Source: Okamejei kenojei
Taxonomy: Eukaryota
Assembly (NCBI GenBank): GCA_035221665.1
Contig: CM069133.1
Span: 137,578,001-137,642,000 of the forward strand
DNA length: 64,000 nucleotides
Reading direction: 5' to 3'
Positions within the stretch are counted from its first letter, which is position 1. Every line of letters starts with the position of its first letter. Below, in pieces: positions 35,131 to 47,919 of this stretch. Made by a program: the position numbers and the translations under genes. The notes beneath the pieces are model-generated. The model worked only from the letters and a program-made list of their open reading frames with translations, was not told the DNA's origin and did no database searches.

Positions 35131-36289
35131 TTTCCATTGTTCAAATTTATCTCTGTAAATTACAACAAAGTTGGGCATATCTCTTCCCAGTTTCTATGTG
35201 TCAATCTTTCACTGCAGCCAATGCCTAGAATTCATTTAATTGGAAATAAGCCACTGTTGCTTGTTCCAGCTACTTTGCATTTCCTGGAAAGGATTCTTGT
35301 TTGTTTCTCCTAGTGAGTTGAGACTAAAGTTTACACAAATTGGTGCATGTTCAGAAACATTAATCGCATCAATCTCTGCTGTCATTAAATTTGGAGCTGC
35401 ATGTTTGGAAAGTGTAATGCTAATCCGAAATGATTGTTGGAAACCACAAGCAAAGAATATGTTTTATCTTTACAAGATTTAAAACAATTCCAGGGTTGTA
35501 TTATCCAATCTATCACATTGATATCTGTAATCCTAGAAAAATGAATCTGATATCACTGATCTTTCTATCGAAAACAACACTTGTGATCCACTCATATTTC
35601 AAGCATCACCAGGAGCAAAGATTGTCACCGGTATTATGGGGAGAAAGTAGTGGAATGGAGTTGGGAGGGAGAGATAGATAGCCATGATTGAATGGCGGAG
35701 TAGGCTTGATGGGCCAGATGGCCTAATTCTGCTATCTCTTATGAACACAGTGGCATCCCTGGAGATCATGGGTAGATGACAATTCAGGCTGGGACTCATC
35801 ATCAGACCTGACCCAAAACGTCATCTATCCATATTCCCATCGGCTCTCCGGCACCCTCAAACCTAACCGAGAATCTCCTTCCCCCAATTCCTGCACGCAG
35901 CTGGTCCACATCCCCTGTGACTTCAGTCAATGTGTTAATATGATCCTCTTCCTTCCGTTAACTGAGCTCCCTCCGCATCAACTCTCCGCCTCCAATTTTG
36001 AGCAGATTTACAAAAAAAATGCAATAGTTCAAGAGAAACTCTCTCCCTGGAGCACAACCCCACAATTTACCATTCTAAATCACATATGTTCATTCCTGTA
36101 GGGCCTCGGTCAGAGACATCTACCACATCTGCATCTTGCACCCTTCATTTCCATTTAAAATCTATCACCTACTAACAGCACTTCCTTCCCTCTTCACCCC
36201 TGAATAGTTTGCTGGGCCAAATTGCTTCCTTTTATTTATAGCTGTCAACACTCTCCCTACTGTTGATCTGCATGATCAATCTCTTCCCT

Positions 36290-36700
36290 TGAAGCATGAT
36301 GCCAAATTGTATAGTAATTAACAGATCTGGCTGGACAACATCAAGTGCTTTTGTTCATTGCTTAACGCTGGTAAGTCCATCAACTATTCTGGGATCATCC
36401 TGCAGAATAAGAATAGCTGCTCCCCCCCCACCCCCCCCCCCCCCTCCCTACCACAACAATTATCTTGCATCCATCACTCCTGGCCCATCACATTCATCAC
36501 AATCAACAAGTGCGCCTCATTAATATTGAGGCCATCTGTTCAGCCATTGTTCTCCCTATTTCTCCACACATACCATGCCAAGCCTATCCCCAGATCTAAC
36601 CTGGAACTCTGCATTCTCCTTTTGCCTTTAATTTTCGGAGCTCCTCCTGTCCATGCGATTCAACCCCTGCATCCATCAGAATTAATTAGTGTAATACTGA
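36290..36700 (+). mobile_element. Old L2 LINE ORF2 fragment
   Basis: QIWLDNIKCFCSLLNAGKSINYSGIILQNKN resembles the L2 linker between EN and RT. Confidence 0.45.
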
Positions 36701-37029
36701 GAGACCTCAAGAAGCAAGGTCTTGTGGATCATCGGCACTCGACCAATGACACGCTTTTGTTCTTGTTCCCACTATTCCATTTCAATGTATTGCCCCATTT
36801 CCCTGTATGGCTTTCTCATTCCTATTTTAATTTGACAGCTAGAATGTGGCATTTTGGGTTGGGCATTACACAAAGAAAGGCACTAAAGCCTTGGAGAAGA
36901 TACAGGAATACTGTATTTACTGGAATGAATGGTAATATGTGCTGGCAAGACTCAAAAGGAATTATTCTTCAGGAAGAGGTTGTTCAAAAATGCAAAGTTT
37001 CGTTTGAATGAATAAAGGGTGTTTGTTGG

Positions 37030-37195
37030 AGATAACTCAGTGGGAAAGGCATGGATGACGTTTTGGGTCGAGACCCTTCCATTCCTTCTCTCCAGAGATA
37101 GTGCCTGTCCCGCTGAGTTACTCCAGCATTTGGTGTCTATCTTCGGTGTAAACCAGCATCTCTGGAGAGAAGGAATGGGTTGTTCCTTCCTACAT
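37030..37195. mobile_element. Rearranged PLE pLTR fragments (fold-back)
   Basis: gacgttttgggtcgagaccctt, ccattccttctctccagagat..ctccagcatt, and the inverted catctctggagagaaggaatggg. Confidence 0.75.
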
Positions 37196-37244
37196 GAAGA
37201 GAAATTGTTTCTGCTTGCAGGATATTCTGTAGAATACAGAATGT

Positions 37245-37530
37245 CTGTGGGCAGTGGGCAGGTGCTATAGACCTGCACGGGAAGGTAGACGCTCCCACCC
37301 CCACGATTCTCGGGGCTGATGGTGCTCGTCAGCCTGGGAAGGCAGTCCATCTGGGGGGGGGGGGGGGGGCGCGCTGCATGGGCACCAGCCTGTCCTCCAT
37401 ATGACATCGCCCAGGCTCGCATCCGATCACACATCATCGTAAGCGACGCTACTCTAGCCGACGTTTGGAGCAAGCAGCCAACAACTAGGATGCATCACCC
37501 ATGGTCAGTCATGGCCGAGGGGGGCCTATG
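37245..37530 (+). mobile_element. Possible RTE-derived non-autonomous element
   Basis: GC-rich island with ctgggaaggcagtccatct, reminiscent of RTE 5' UTRs; weak resemblance only. Confidence 0.3.
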
Positions 37531-37739
37531 TAGGGTTCCTAACAAGCAAACTGAAAAGGAGTTGAAGTGAAATTTAATATCCAGATAATAACTACAAATA
37601 CACAGCTGTAACCTTGGTTCCAAATGTAATACCTTTAACCCTAGTGAGACATCATTTCTCTTATTTCCATTTAACTCGCCTGTCCATTTGAGTCCTAAAA
37701 CAACTACACTGGGGGTTCTTTACAGAGGCAAATCAATCT

Positions 37740-37975
37740 GTTGCTGCTGGTTTACCAAGAAGCCAAAAAGCTGGAGTAGCTCAACGGGGCAGGCAGGATC
37801 TCTGGAGAGAAGGAGTGGGTGATGTTCGGGTCGAGACCCTATTTCAGACTGAATGAGAGTCTCGACCCAAAACATCACCCATTCCTTCTCTCCAGAGATG
37901 CTGCCTGTCCCGCTGAGTTACTCCAGCATTTTGTATCAATCTTCGGTTTAAACCAGAACCTTTCTTCAGACTGAT
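37740..37975. mobile_element. Fold-back Penelope pLTR derivative (arms about 100 bp)
   Basis: ctggtttacc..gctggagtagctca..gggtcgagaccct | gtctcgaccc..tgagttactccagc..taaaccag. Confidence 0.85.
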
Positions 37976-38477
37976 TGTAAAGGGAAGCGGTATTGGTAGA
38001 AGGGAAGAAGAGATAGCTGGAAGAAAGGCCAGGGTGGGGCTAACTTAACAACTAGCGTGTTTTTGGAAAGCGAGACAAGACCAGAGCATCCAAGGGAAAG
38101 CCACACAGTTGGAGAACTTCCAAACGTTGCATAGATTGCACTGGAGGACATGGTCAAACCCTGCTTACTGAGCTATGGGCCAAGTGTGCTCCCTGTACTA
38201 CTCCATTTCTGCTTTGGAAAGTAGGGCCCATATAAGTTAGCAGGATGTTTAATATTATTTGCCTTGAACGGGTGAAGATAAATAATGGAAGAATCGACAA
38301 GGAGCGTTTGGATCCATAAAGCATTGTAGTTTAAGAGTGGGATTGATCTGCTTGGTTGAAATACATAATGTACAGGTACTGGAAATCAAAATGTTTGGTA
38401 TTTAACAGATCAGGCAGGATCTCTGGAAAGTGTACAAAGTTGAGGTTTAAGGTGGTTGATTTTTCATCAGAATAGAC

Positions 38478-38766
38478 TTTAGACATACAGTGTAGAAACC
38501 GGCTCTTTGGCCCGCCAAGTCTGTGTCGACCAGCAATCACCCCATATACTAGTACTATCCAACACGCGAGGGAGAATTTACAACTTACCAAAGCTAATTA
38601 ACCTACAACCCTGTACATCTTTAGAGTGTGGGAGGAAACCGGAGCACCCGGACAAAACCCATGTGTTCACCGGGAGAATGTACAAACTCCATACAGACAG
38701 CACCTGTGGTGAGGATCTAACCCGGATCTCTGGTGCTGTAAGGTAGCAACTCTTCTGCTGTGCCCT
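38478..38766 (-). mobile_element. HE1-type V-SINE, full length
   Basis: Minus-strand head gggcacagcagaagagttgctaccttacagcaccagagatccgggttagatcc; V-domain; tail tgtatgtctaaagtcta. Confidence 0.85.
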
Positions 38767-40485
38767 GACCAGTATTTTTTGTTTTTAGTTTAAACATCCT
38801 TTATTAACTGCTGCGTTTTAAAACAAGTTTATTCTTTTCTTATTGTGACTATTACTCCATATCTACAAGAAATCTTCAAGAATTGATATCAACAATTGAA
38901 GCAAAATGAAATCACTCATGGCCTTTTAGTTTCCTTGGTGTTGAGACCTGAGAGTTCTGTTTTAGCACAGTTCATCCTGGAAAGACTAATAGCTTCTGGA
39001 GAATGCCACTGCTCCCAGGACTATGACACGTCAATAATTCTTATTTGCTCAGAATCTATCACTTTTTTTTGCAGAGAAGCGTGTGTGCTTTTCAGCTAAG
39101 TGATATGATGTTTAAGACCGCACTGATGTTATTTTTGGAATTGGGTCACCTTTTATGAATTGCCATAAATGCAATCCATTCGGAGCATTGATTAATCTTC
39201 GCTAGGGAGGTTTGAACTGTTCAACCTTTACGTGCTTGCTTGCTAACTGAGGTGATCAGAGTTGGAGATGGGTGACAAAGGTTTTTAGTGCACTAGACAA
39301 CATTTTAGCTCACTCTATCTATGCTGGCTCATTTGAAAGGCTTTTTCCCTGTAGCCTTGCACATATTCCCTCGTTATTGCTATCGTTATTTTGCTACCCT
39401 CTAAAGTTTTTAGAAATATGATATGTCCTTTCCCTTCCCAATCAGGAAAAGTAAGATGGATCACAGAGGCAAGGGAATTATTATTCTTGCAGATGGAAGA
39501 GGCAGAGAAAATTGATTAGAATTTCAAATACTAATGGATCTACTTTATCTTCAGTGTTTTGGCATTCGTATAGCAATGGTTTGAGTGAAATTCAAGAGCA
39601 TTGTTCAGCACAAGAGCCTCCATTTCCAGGGATCTAGACTATTTGAATAAAGTCAAGAAAATCTGAGGTAGACTTGATTCAATTATTCAATAGAAATTTT
39701 TTTCAAGACATTTTCTATTCAACTGGAAAATAAATCATCTTGCAAATTTGAACTCCAGTAGAAACTATGGGAACAAAACAACTGTTATAACAGTGCATGT
39801 AATAAAGAGCATCAGTGCAAAAGAAAAAAGATTTTTCACCTTGTGTAAACTCTTTCATAAATGGATCCATCCTAGAATTAAAGCTATATCTTTTTGAAGA
39901 TCACTAGTTATAATGATAATTTTTGTTTATAAATAGTACATTTTTGTTTGTGCAGAAATGAAGGGTAGTCCAAGAAATGCAAAGAATTATAAAGCTTTTA
40001 AGGGTTTTTGTGTTGCATCCATAACAATATTTGTTTTCAAATATGAATTTGCTATTGGCAGGATGTTAATTCATCCAAAGAGATTTTAAATTGAATGATC
40101 CAAATCTAATCATTTACCATCCAGAAATGAGCCGTAACTGCCTTAATTTTTAAAATTCTGTTATTATAACTCTCCTCTAAGAATTCTGCAAGTTATTTCT
40201 TAAATAATTTTGCATAAGCTTTCCAGTATTGCTGCAATACATCTTACATTTTTGAAAAAATATTTTTAGTGATATCTAAAGTTTTACACCAGTAAGGTCA
40301 TGGGAGAGCAAAGTTTCACTTATTGGTTATACATTCAGTTAAGCAGCAATAAGGGTGACTACATTATTTGAAGTGCATAATAAATCTTAAGTGACAATTC
40401 TAAATAGGCATGGCAGTCATGTTATGGTTTCTGCCGATCATTTTACAGTGAATGAGGATTTGTATTTTTATCCATTATTGCTCCC

Positions 40486-40687
40486 AATTCTCCGCCTCAG
40501 AGGGTGGTGGAGGCAGGTTCTCTGGATGCTTTCGAAAGAGAGTTAGATAGGGCTCTTAAAAATAGCGGAGTCAGGGGATATGGGGAGAAGGCAGGAATGG
40601 GGTACTGATTGGAGATCACATTGAATGGCGGTGCTGGCTCGAAGGGCCAAATGGCCTACTCCTGCACCTATTGTCTATTGTCTATTG
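40486..40687 (+). mobile_element. CR1 3' end
   Basis: aattctccgcctcagagggtggtggagg...ctgcacctattgtctattgtctattg. Confidence 0.92.
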
Positions 40688-40825
40688 ATTCCCCAAAGTA
40701 GTTGGAGCCCCTTCTTGTGGATGTAACCATGGCATCTGTGTCCAGCTGGCCGAGCAGGTGGAACCTTGAGGATCCCTGGATCTTTCTTTGATTAAATCTT
40801 TACACGGCAAGCTTTTGTGCAAAAG

Positions 40826-40990
40826 TTCACAAAATGCTGAAGTAACTCATTGGGTCAGGCAGCATCTCTGGAGAACATGAATAGGTGATATTTTGGGTCG
40901 GGTCCCTTATGTAGACTGTTCTCCAGTGATGCTGCCTGACCCACTGAATTACTCCAGCACCTTGTGCCCTTTTGTATAAACCTACAGTTC
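40826..40990. mobile_element. Fold-back Penelope pLTR derivative
   Basis: cacaaaatgctgaagtaactcattgggtcaggcagcatctctggagaaca / tgttctccagtgatgctgcctgacccactgaattactccagcaccttgtg. Confidence 0.82.
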
Positions 40991-41519
40991 TTCATTTTTC
41001 GGCTTATACGCAAGCTTTTTAATGTTGGTATAGGGTCTCTCTTCCTTTCAGTAACAGTGAATATGATAATATTAAGCTGAGTGGAGCTTTGGAACTGGTG
41101 CTGCAAATCAGACTTGGTGCCATCTGGATCACTCTAATCAGTTAATAGTCACACATAATAACTACTATACTTCCCTCAAGAGGAGAATACCTAAACAATG
41201 CTGAATATCCAAGTGGGTCAGGCAGCATCCATGCAGAGAGACATAGCTAATATTTCTTGTCAAAGTCCTTTCATTACTACATCAATTATGTTATGAAATG
41301 TTTACTCATCACTTTGACCCATGACCTTTATTGATGTAACCTCTAAATACACTAAAGTTTCATGTCATGCCTTGGTAACCCTGAATATTATAACCAATTA
41401 ATTATTGGTCATTTTACTTTCCAGATGCAGCTGGTGCCTTATCCACAATATTTGGAAGCTAATAGGCTAGCTATATTATATATATTATATTTATTAATAC
41501 CCATTTCTGATACTATCTG

Positions 41520-41696
41520 GTAAGAAGGACAATAAGTCAACAAAAACTCACATGGAGACGAACATTCCAGAAGGATTTGGAAGCCCGGGACGCGAGCCTA
41601 TCGAGGATGGAAGACGTTGTACATAACCAAACAAAATGGCGAATGCTAGCTGCCCAATGCACTCAACAGTGTGGGAGGAACTAAGTCTAAGTCTAA
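41520..41696 (+). mobile_element. RTE-clade LINE 3' end
   Basis: TWRRTFQKDLEARD...HNQTKWRMLAAQCTQQCGRN*, followed by the short tandem tail ctaagtctaagtctaa. Confidence 0.75.
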
Positions 41697-42677
41697 AGCA
41701 CATCCCTAACAAGGTGATCATCCCTTTTCTTGTTCCTCAGCTCCACCCATATAGCCTCACTAGACGAACCATCCGTTATGTCACCTCTGAATGCAGCCGT
41801 GACATCCTCCTTAATCAACAATGCAACTTCCTCTCTTTTTTTCCTTCCCCTGTCTCTCCTGAATCTCCTGTACCCCGGAACATTGAGCTGCCAGTCCTGC
41901 CCCTCCCTTAACCAGGTTTTAATCATGGTTACATCGTCCCAGTCACTCGTACCTATCCACACGCTAAGCTCATTTGCCTTACCGTCAAGTCCCTTGCATT
42001 AAAATACGTGGAGTTTAAACAAACCCTCCTTCCTTGCTGTCTGGCTTTTTGCCTATCCTAGCCATGAACATTTCCCACACCACCCTCCATACCAACTTCT
42101 AGCCTCTCCTCTGCCTCTGTCCTGCACTCGATCCCACGCCCTTGCCAATCTAGTTTAAACCCTCCTGTGTGGCATTAGCAAACCTTCCCGTTAGGATGTT
42201 GATCCCCCTCCAGTTTAGGTGCAACCCATCCCTTTTATACGAGTCACCCCTGCCCCGGAAGAGATCCCAAAAATACAAATCTGAATCCCTGCCCCGTGCA
42301 CCGACTACTCAGCCATACATTCATATCCTCTATCTTCCTATTCTTACCTTCACTAGCACTAGGCACTGGTAGCATTCCTGAGATCACTTCCCTGCAGGTC
42401 CTGCTTTTCAGTCTTCTGCCCAATTCCATAAAGTCTTGCTGCAGAACCTCCTTCCTCTTCTGACCTACATCGTTTGTGCCAACATGCACAACAACCTCCG
42501 GCTGCTTCCCCACACTCTTGAGGAAGTCATGCGGCTGCTACGAGACGTCCTGGACCCTAGCACCAGGCAGGCAACACACTATCCTGGACTCTCGCCTGTT
42601 GCCGCAGAATCTCCTGTCCGCACCTCTGACGATGGAATCTCCCACCACTATGGCTCTGCCTGACGTCACTCTCCCCC
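41697..42677 (-). mobile_element. CR1 5' portion only (ORF1 esterase plus APE N-terminus)
   Basis: RAIVVGDSIVRGADRRFCG; VHVGTNDVG; DWQLNVPGYRRFRRDR..EAIWVELRNKK. RT and 3' end are absent. Confidence 0.9.
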
Positions 42678-42869
42678 ATAGTGGAATGTCAGCATGATTA
42701 TAACTTTAATATTCTATTGACAGTTTTCTGTAACTGTCTCAATAATGAATGAATTGAAGGCATTAAATCCAAAGTAATCTCATTTATCTATTGTAATTGA
42801 AGCATTACATACTTATGGGCTGGTTGTTCTGAGTAAGAGGCATTCTGTTCATATTAAAAATGTTTTATA

Positions 42870-43282
42870 AGTTCAAGGTTCAAATGTATTTGTCACATGC
42901 ACCATAAGGTGCAGTGAAATGAATTTACCATGCAGCATTACAATTAAAAAAGGACATAATACACAACATAATTCAACACCGACATCCACCACAGCATTCT
43001 TCACTGTGGTGAAGGGCAGTACAGTTCAGACAGTCCCCCTCCTCCTCCTCCCTTGTTCACCCGTGGTTGCGGCCCGGAGCTCCCAAAATCGGCCACCTCC
43101 TTACTGGAGACAGCAGCTTCCAGATGTTGTAGGCCACAGGCCGGAGGGATCGCCCGCTCCACGCTGAAGGGTCTGCTCCACGCCTGTCGCCAGAGGCTCC
43201 AAGATGTTGTAGGCCGCAGGCCAGCGGTCGGAGCACTTCTCTGGCGAATCCCGGCAAAGGGGTCGTCCCGCTCTGCGAACCG
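42870..43282 (-). mobile_element. GC-rich non-autonomous retroelement with Rex1-like 3' tail (relative of 34250-34890)
   Basis: Shares gtgaaatgaattt, catccaccacagcattc..tgtggtg and gtaggccgcaggcc blocks with 34250-34890; tail (ttgaacc)n on minus. Confidence 0.55.
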
Positions 43283-43354
43283 TGAACCTTGATGCAGAGG
43301 GATAGTTAATGGTTGGCACAAGGGACAGTTTCTGTGCTGTCTGATTATTTTGAG

Positions 43355-43545
43355 GCACAAAAGGCTGCAGATGCTGAAATCTGAAGAAAGAATCTGCTGG
43401 AGGAACTCCACTGCTCAAATGGTATCTGTAGGAGGAGAAAGAATCGTTCAGGGTCCTGTTGCAGGCTTTTGACCTGAAATATTGGCACTCTTTTCCTCCA
43501 CTGATGCTGCTTAATCCAAAGAGTTCCTCCAGCAGTCTGTTGCTC
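43355..43545. mobile_element. Older fold-back PLE derivative
   Basis: ctgcagatgctgaaatctga..ctgctggaggaactc / gagttcctccagcag. Confidence 0.65.
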
Positions 43546-43904
43546 AAGAATTCAATCTGTTTGTGTACAAAAACATACTAATCTATTAAGACAACATCTT
43601 AACGCCAGCTGTCCCATCTGCACAGATTCCCTCTGCAGGGACCAACAAACCACCTGCAAATGTGCAATGTGACAAGATGTTTGAAACATAGCTGATCGGA
43701 ACTCGTGATATATGTACTTTATTCTCTATTTCTATTTATTTTTTACCACACACTGAATGGACGCTGGTTGTGAAACGCTTTTTCGTTTTCCTCTGGGTAT
43801 GCAAATACTCAGAAAAATGATAATAAAGATATACAATACAATAATGCCATTTAAGTGATGGTCTACCTTCCCATGCCATTTGTGAACAAAGTTATATGTA
43901 GACT

Positions 43905-44111
43905 GTGCAGGAAGGAACTGCAGATGCTGGTTTACACCAGAGATAGACACAAAATGCTGGAGTGACTAAGTGGGACAGGCAGCATCCCTGGATAGAAGGA
44001 ATGGGTGACGTTTTGGGTCGGGAAGAAGGGTCTCGACCCAAAATGTCACCCACTCCTTCTATCCAGAGATGCTGCTTGTCCCACCAAGTTGCTCCACCAC
44101 TTTGTGCCCTA
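43905..44111 (-). mobile_element. Fold-back Penelope pLTR derivative with 13-bp TSD
   Basis: Inverted arms of about 75 bp; TSD TTATATGTAGACT (43892-43904) / TTATATGTGGACT (44112-44124). Confidence 0.85.
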
Positions 44112-44454
44112 TTATATGTGGACTTTTCAGATATGCTGCAAATTACTTTGTCTACGTGGCAAGTTGGAATGTTATACAACCAAATTTATGTACATCACCC
44201 ATTAGCAAAGACTGCCTGATTTCATTCTGTATGGTTAATGTTCTGCGCTCAAATTGTCGAATGGATAACCTGATATACTCGACGCTAAATACAATTGCAA
44301 AATTATATTTGCAAACCCTCCAATGTGGGAAGGTCGTTGCTAATGTAATATTCCTGGAAAGGCCAGGCCAGAGGGATATAGCACAGAAATAGGCACCTTG
44401 TTCCCCACATCTTCACTGACTATTTACACTAATTCCTTAAAAAAAAAATCTTCC

Positions 44455-44630
44455 CACATCCTACACGCAAAGGATAATGTACAGTGGCCAATTAACCCAC
44501 TAACCCGCATGTCCTTTGAGACATGGGAGGAAACGGAAGCACAAAGAGGGAGCCTATATGGTCACAGGGAGAACATGCTCGCATATAACTCCACACGGAC
44601 AGCACCCAAGGTTAGGCTTGAACACGATGA
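44455..44630 (-). mobile_element. V-SINE fragment (older)
   Basis: ggccaattaacc..catgtcctttgagacatgggaggaaacggaagcac..ggtcacagggagaac..aactccacacggacagcacc. Confidence 0.7.
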
Positions 44631-45105
44631 AACAGTTGGTACTACTAGTCATGGCCCTGTGCAGCTGGATTAGCCATTTGTATATGGTGGTACTCCTTTT
44701 CTGGTGCACATTTACACTGCCACATTATGGGATGTTCTAAAATTGTTTGCTTATATCCTGCTCGTTTCCAACCGTCAATTTTAAACCATGAAGCCTGGCA
44801 ACAAGGGACATAAAGAAAACATTTAGAGATTGTCGTTCAATATAAATGGATTTGCTTCTCTTTTAATCAAAGTGATTTTGTCAGGTAGTTGTTTAAATGG
44901 AATTAACTGCAGTCTTTCAAATGGGAATCTTCAGTCCCTGTGCTCCAATGCTCTGTCAATCCTTTTCTTTGCATCTGCATTTACATTTGCTACTTTGTAT
45001 TTTGGCCCAATAGGTTTATGCAAGTGATGATGCTTTCCAAAAATCTCCTCCCAATCCTCCTCACCTAATTGTATTGGCATATTCCTTCTTTTCTTATTTC
45101 TTCCT

Positions 45106-45128
45106 ATATATATATATATATATATATA
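45106..45128. repeat. (TA)n microsatellite
   Basis: Read directly from the sequence. Confidence 0.9.
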
Positions 45129-46710
45129 TTTCCTATATCTTCTACATTTTAACAATAAATGTTTTAAAGAAATTCTTCATTTTCAATGAATGTATTGTCC
45201 ATTGAGAGATAAAATCTACATGTGGGGGGAAAAAAAAATGTTGCTATGACTACTGAAAAGATGAGAATACTTTTGGATTAAAAAGAGAAGTGTATGATGT
45301 TGACAGGCATAGTCTGCCCAAGGATCGGGAACCCTTAGGAACCTGCAAGGACAACCAAAGAATCTGTGAAGCGGGATAACATTTAAAAAAAAAGGGAATA
45401 AATTAGCAAGACCATCACTTGGCAAGAGCAACCTCCTCTTTCAATAAGATGGGATAGATCTCATCAGGTCCTGGGGAATTTATCCATCTTCGTTCCATCA
45501 CCTCCTTGAACTCAAACTGCCCGAGCATATTAATGCACCTCACACTGATTTTGCTATTAGTCCAGTGCTCAAAGTGTTCATTTATTACCTTGCATCATCC
45601 TTATTCCAAGCACAAACTCATTTATTTATCCTTGAATGGTCATACCTTCTCTCTCGTTACCCTCTTTTTTTTAAGGTAGGTGTAAAAATGTCCACACGGA
45701 CAGTTTTTAGGGCCCCATTAACCTGTGCTGTTTACTTTTGTGATTGTAGATCAGTACTTGCAATCCATCCACTCTGCTCAATTTAAATACTTATTTTACA
45801 AGAAGTATTTGGCCTCCTTATTCATACTATCAAAATGAATCTTGTCAAACTTCACTTGCCATCACACTCAATCTGCAGGATTATTAACGTTTTTCTGTAT
45901 CTTGTAGCAAACCTCTGTGTTAGCCTATGACATGAGATGGAGTTCGCTGAAGGCTTATTTTCCATTGTAGCCATGTCTGCTCAGTGTATTATTTGACAGA
46001 AGTCAATTTAATTATCAGATGCTCTCTAAATTAAATTTCTGCTTCCTTCATGTTTGGATGGTTGGGAGTTGTTAGAAGTCATGTTAATTTCTTGGTCGGG
46101 TGAAAAGCCTGACATCTGATTGCAGAGCCCACTTTAAGTTGAATTGGGCCTCAATCAAATTTTAATTAAATTCACCCTGGGTTTGGTGCCCCAGATTTTC
46201 TGCAATCAGATGTTTGGCAGAACCCACCGCAGTTCAGGAGGAATCTGGGGGTAGTTCCTAACCTCTCATCTTGAAAGGCTAATTATGTTAAGTACAACTC
46301 CTTGTGGGGAGTTCCATTGCCAGGTACTACTCATTAATTCAGATGCTGGACCTGCCAAGGTGTTATGACTTATTTGCGGTTCTTCTTTCTCTGGGAACTA
46401 ACTAGCTGAGTGCTGGCATGGAATGTTTTTAAGGCTATGAAAGGAATAGACTGGTAGATATGGGGAAGTTATTTCCACATGCTCCTTGATACACTTCAGC
46501 CTTTGAGTATGCGATCGTTCATAGATTTATCATTTCATCCTCATTATTCACATCATCATGATGTTTATGAATGAATGTGTACAGAATACCTTTGGATATT
46601 GGATAAGAGGACCAGCCTAAAGTAGAGATTGGTTGCTCATGTCCCACAGCCTGAAGAAGGTGATCTGAACCTGGAGCCCTCTTCATAAAGCCTACGGGCA
46701 GGATTATAGC

Positions 46711-46768
46711 CAATAGGTGGAGGAGTAGGCCATTCGGCCCTTCGGGCCAGCACCGCCATTCAATGATC
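46711..46768 (-). mobile_element. Very short CR1 3' terminus
   Basis: caataggtggaggagtaggccattcggcccttcgggccagcaccgccattcaatgatc. Confidence 0.85.
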
Positions 46769-47782
46769 CGCTTCAGCATCGAAGGGACCAATCCCAACTG
46801 TCTCCGAAAGGCCAGTGCAGGGTCTTGGCAAGGTGTTTAACAGCAGCCTGAAGGATATAGCATCTGTCCAGGCAACCTGTCAGTAGCTGGAGAGTTGGTT
46901 GAGAGCAGTGGACCGGTCTGGGGGCTTCCCGGCAAGTTCAAGGCATGGATTTACCAGCATGGTATCCTGCCAAGGATACTCTGGCCACTGCTTGTCTACG
47001 GAAGTCCCAATATCCATCGTAGAGAGATTGGAGAGGAAAGTCAGCAGCTTCCTCAGGAGGTGGCTGGGACTGCACAGGAGCCTTAGAGCATCGCCCTTTA
47101 CGGAAATAACACCAAGCTCCAGCAGCCCCTGAAGTCCCTGGAGAAGGAGTTTAAATTGACTTGGGCCAGAGAGGTGATGCTGTGCAGGGACTCCAGCGAC
47201 CCCAAGGTGGCTCAGACAGGGGTGGAGGTGAAAACTGGGAGGAAGTGGAGAGCCGGCGAAGCCGTGCTGTTAGCGGAGTCTCGGACACGCCACAGAGTCC
47301 TGGTGGGAGCAGTGACTCGGGGAAGAGCTGGCCTAGGAGTCTTCCCAACTCCCCAGTTTGACAAGGCCAAGAGGAAGGAGAGGTGCAGGCTGATCCAGGA
47401 GGAAGTGAGGGCAGTGGTGGAGGAGGAGAGGTCTACTGGAGCAGTTGGCTTGAGGCAGCATGGAGCCTGGACAAGGTGGGTAGCAGGCCATGAACCGTAA
47501 AGTCACATGGACTGAGGTCTGGCAGGCTGAACCACAGCACATCAAGTTCCTGGTCCAGGCAGTGTATGATGTCCTGCCCAGCCCATCAAACCTCTTCATC
47601 TGGGGCAAAGCGGAATCTCCGGGTTGCCCGCGATGCTCAGGCAAGGGGGCGTTGGAACACATCCTGAGCTAAGCCCAAATGCCCTTGGGCAGGGCCGGTA
47701 CACCTGACGTCACGACCAGGTTCTTAACCCCATTGCAGAAGCCATCGGCATGGGAATCAGCAGCTGCAGACGAGCACGGCCC
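46769..47782 (+). mobile_element. HERO-clade (R2 superfamily, RLE-type) non-LTR retrotransposon fragment, frameshifted
   Basis: GLPGKFKAWIYQHGILPRILWPLLVY; FLRRWLGL; KTGRKWRA; GRAGLG; IKFLVQAVYDVLPSPSNL; CPRC..LEHILS; RHDQVL. Covers RT thumb to zinc knuckle and stops before the PD..D nuclease core. Confidence 0.85.
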
Positions 47783-47919
47783 TAGGGGGTGTTGCACTGA
47801 CAGCAGCCTCTGCCTGCAGCCCGTTTGTTTTTACATCTTTTTTTTATTTTTAGTCTGTTAAAAATCTGTCTTGGGGGGGCGGGAAACTTTAACTTTTCTA
47901 TGTGGGGGAGGGGGATGTG

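Noticed and set aside
36358-37011. 217-aa ORF
   Set aside because: A chance read-through of decayed L2, a poly-C tract and old CR1 sequence; not a coherent protein.
42873-43292. 10-bp inverted repeat TCAAGGTTCA/TGAACCTTGA bracketing the GC-rich element, suggesting TIRs
   Set aside because: The left copy is the retro-type microsatellite tail, and the related element at 34250 has no such pair.
44931-45155. IQLGEEDWEEIFG motif resembling the L1 ORF2 C-terminal region
   Set aside because: Too short and interrupted by a (TA)n tract; cannot be supported.
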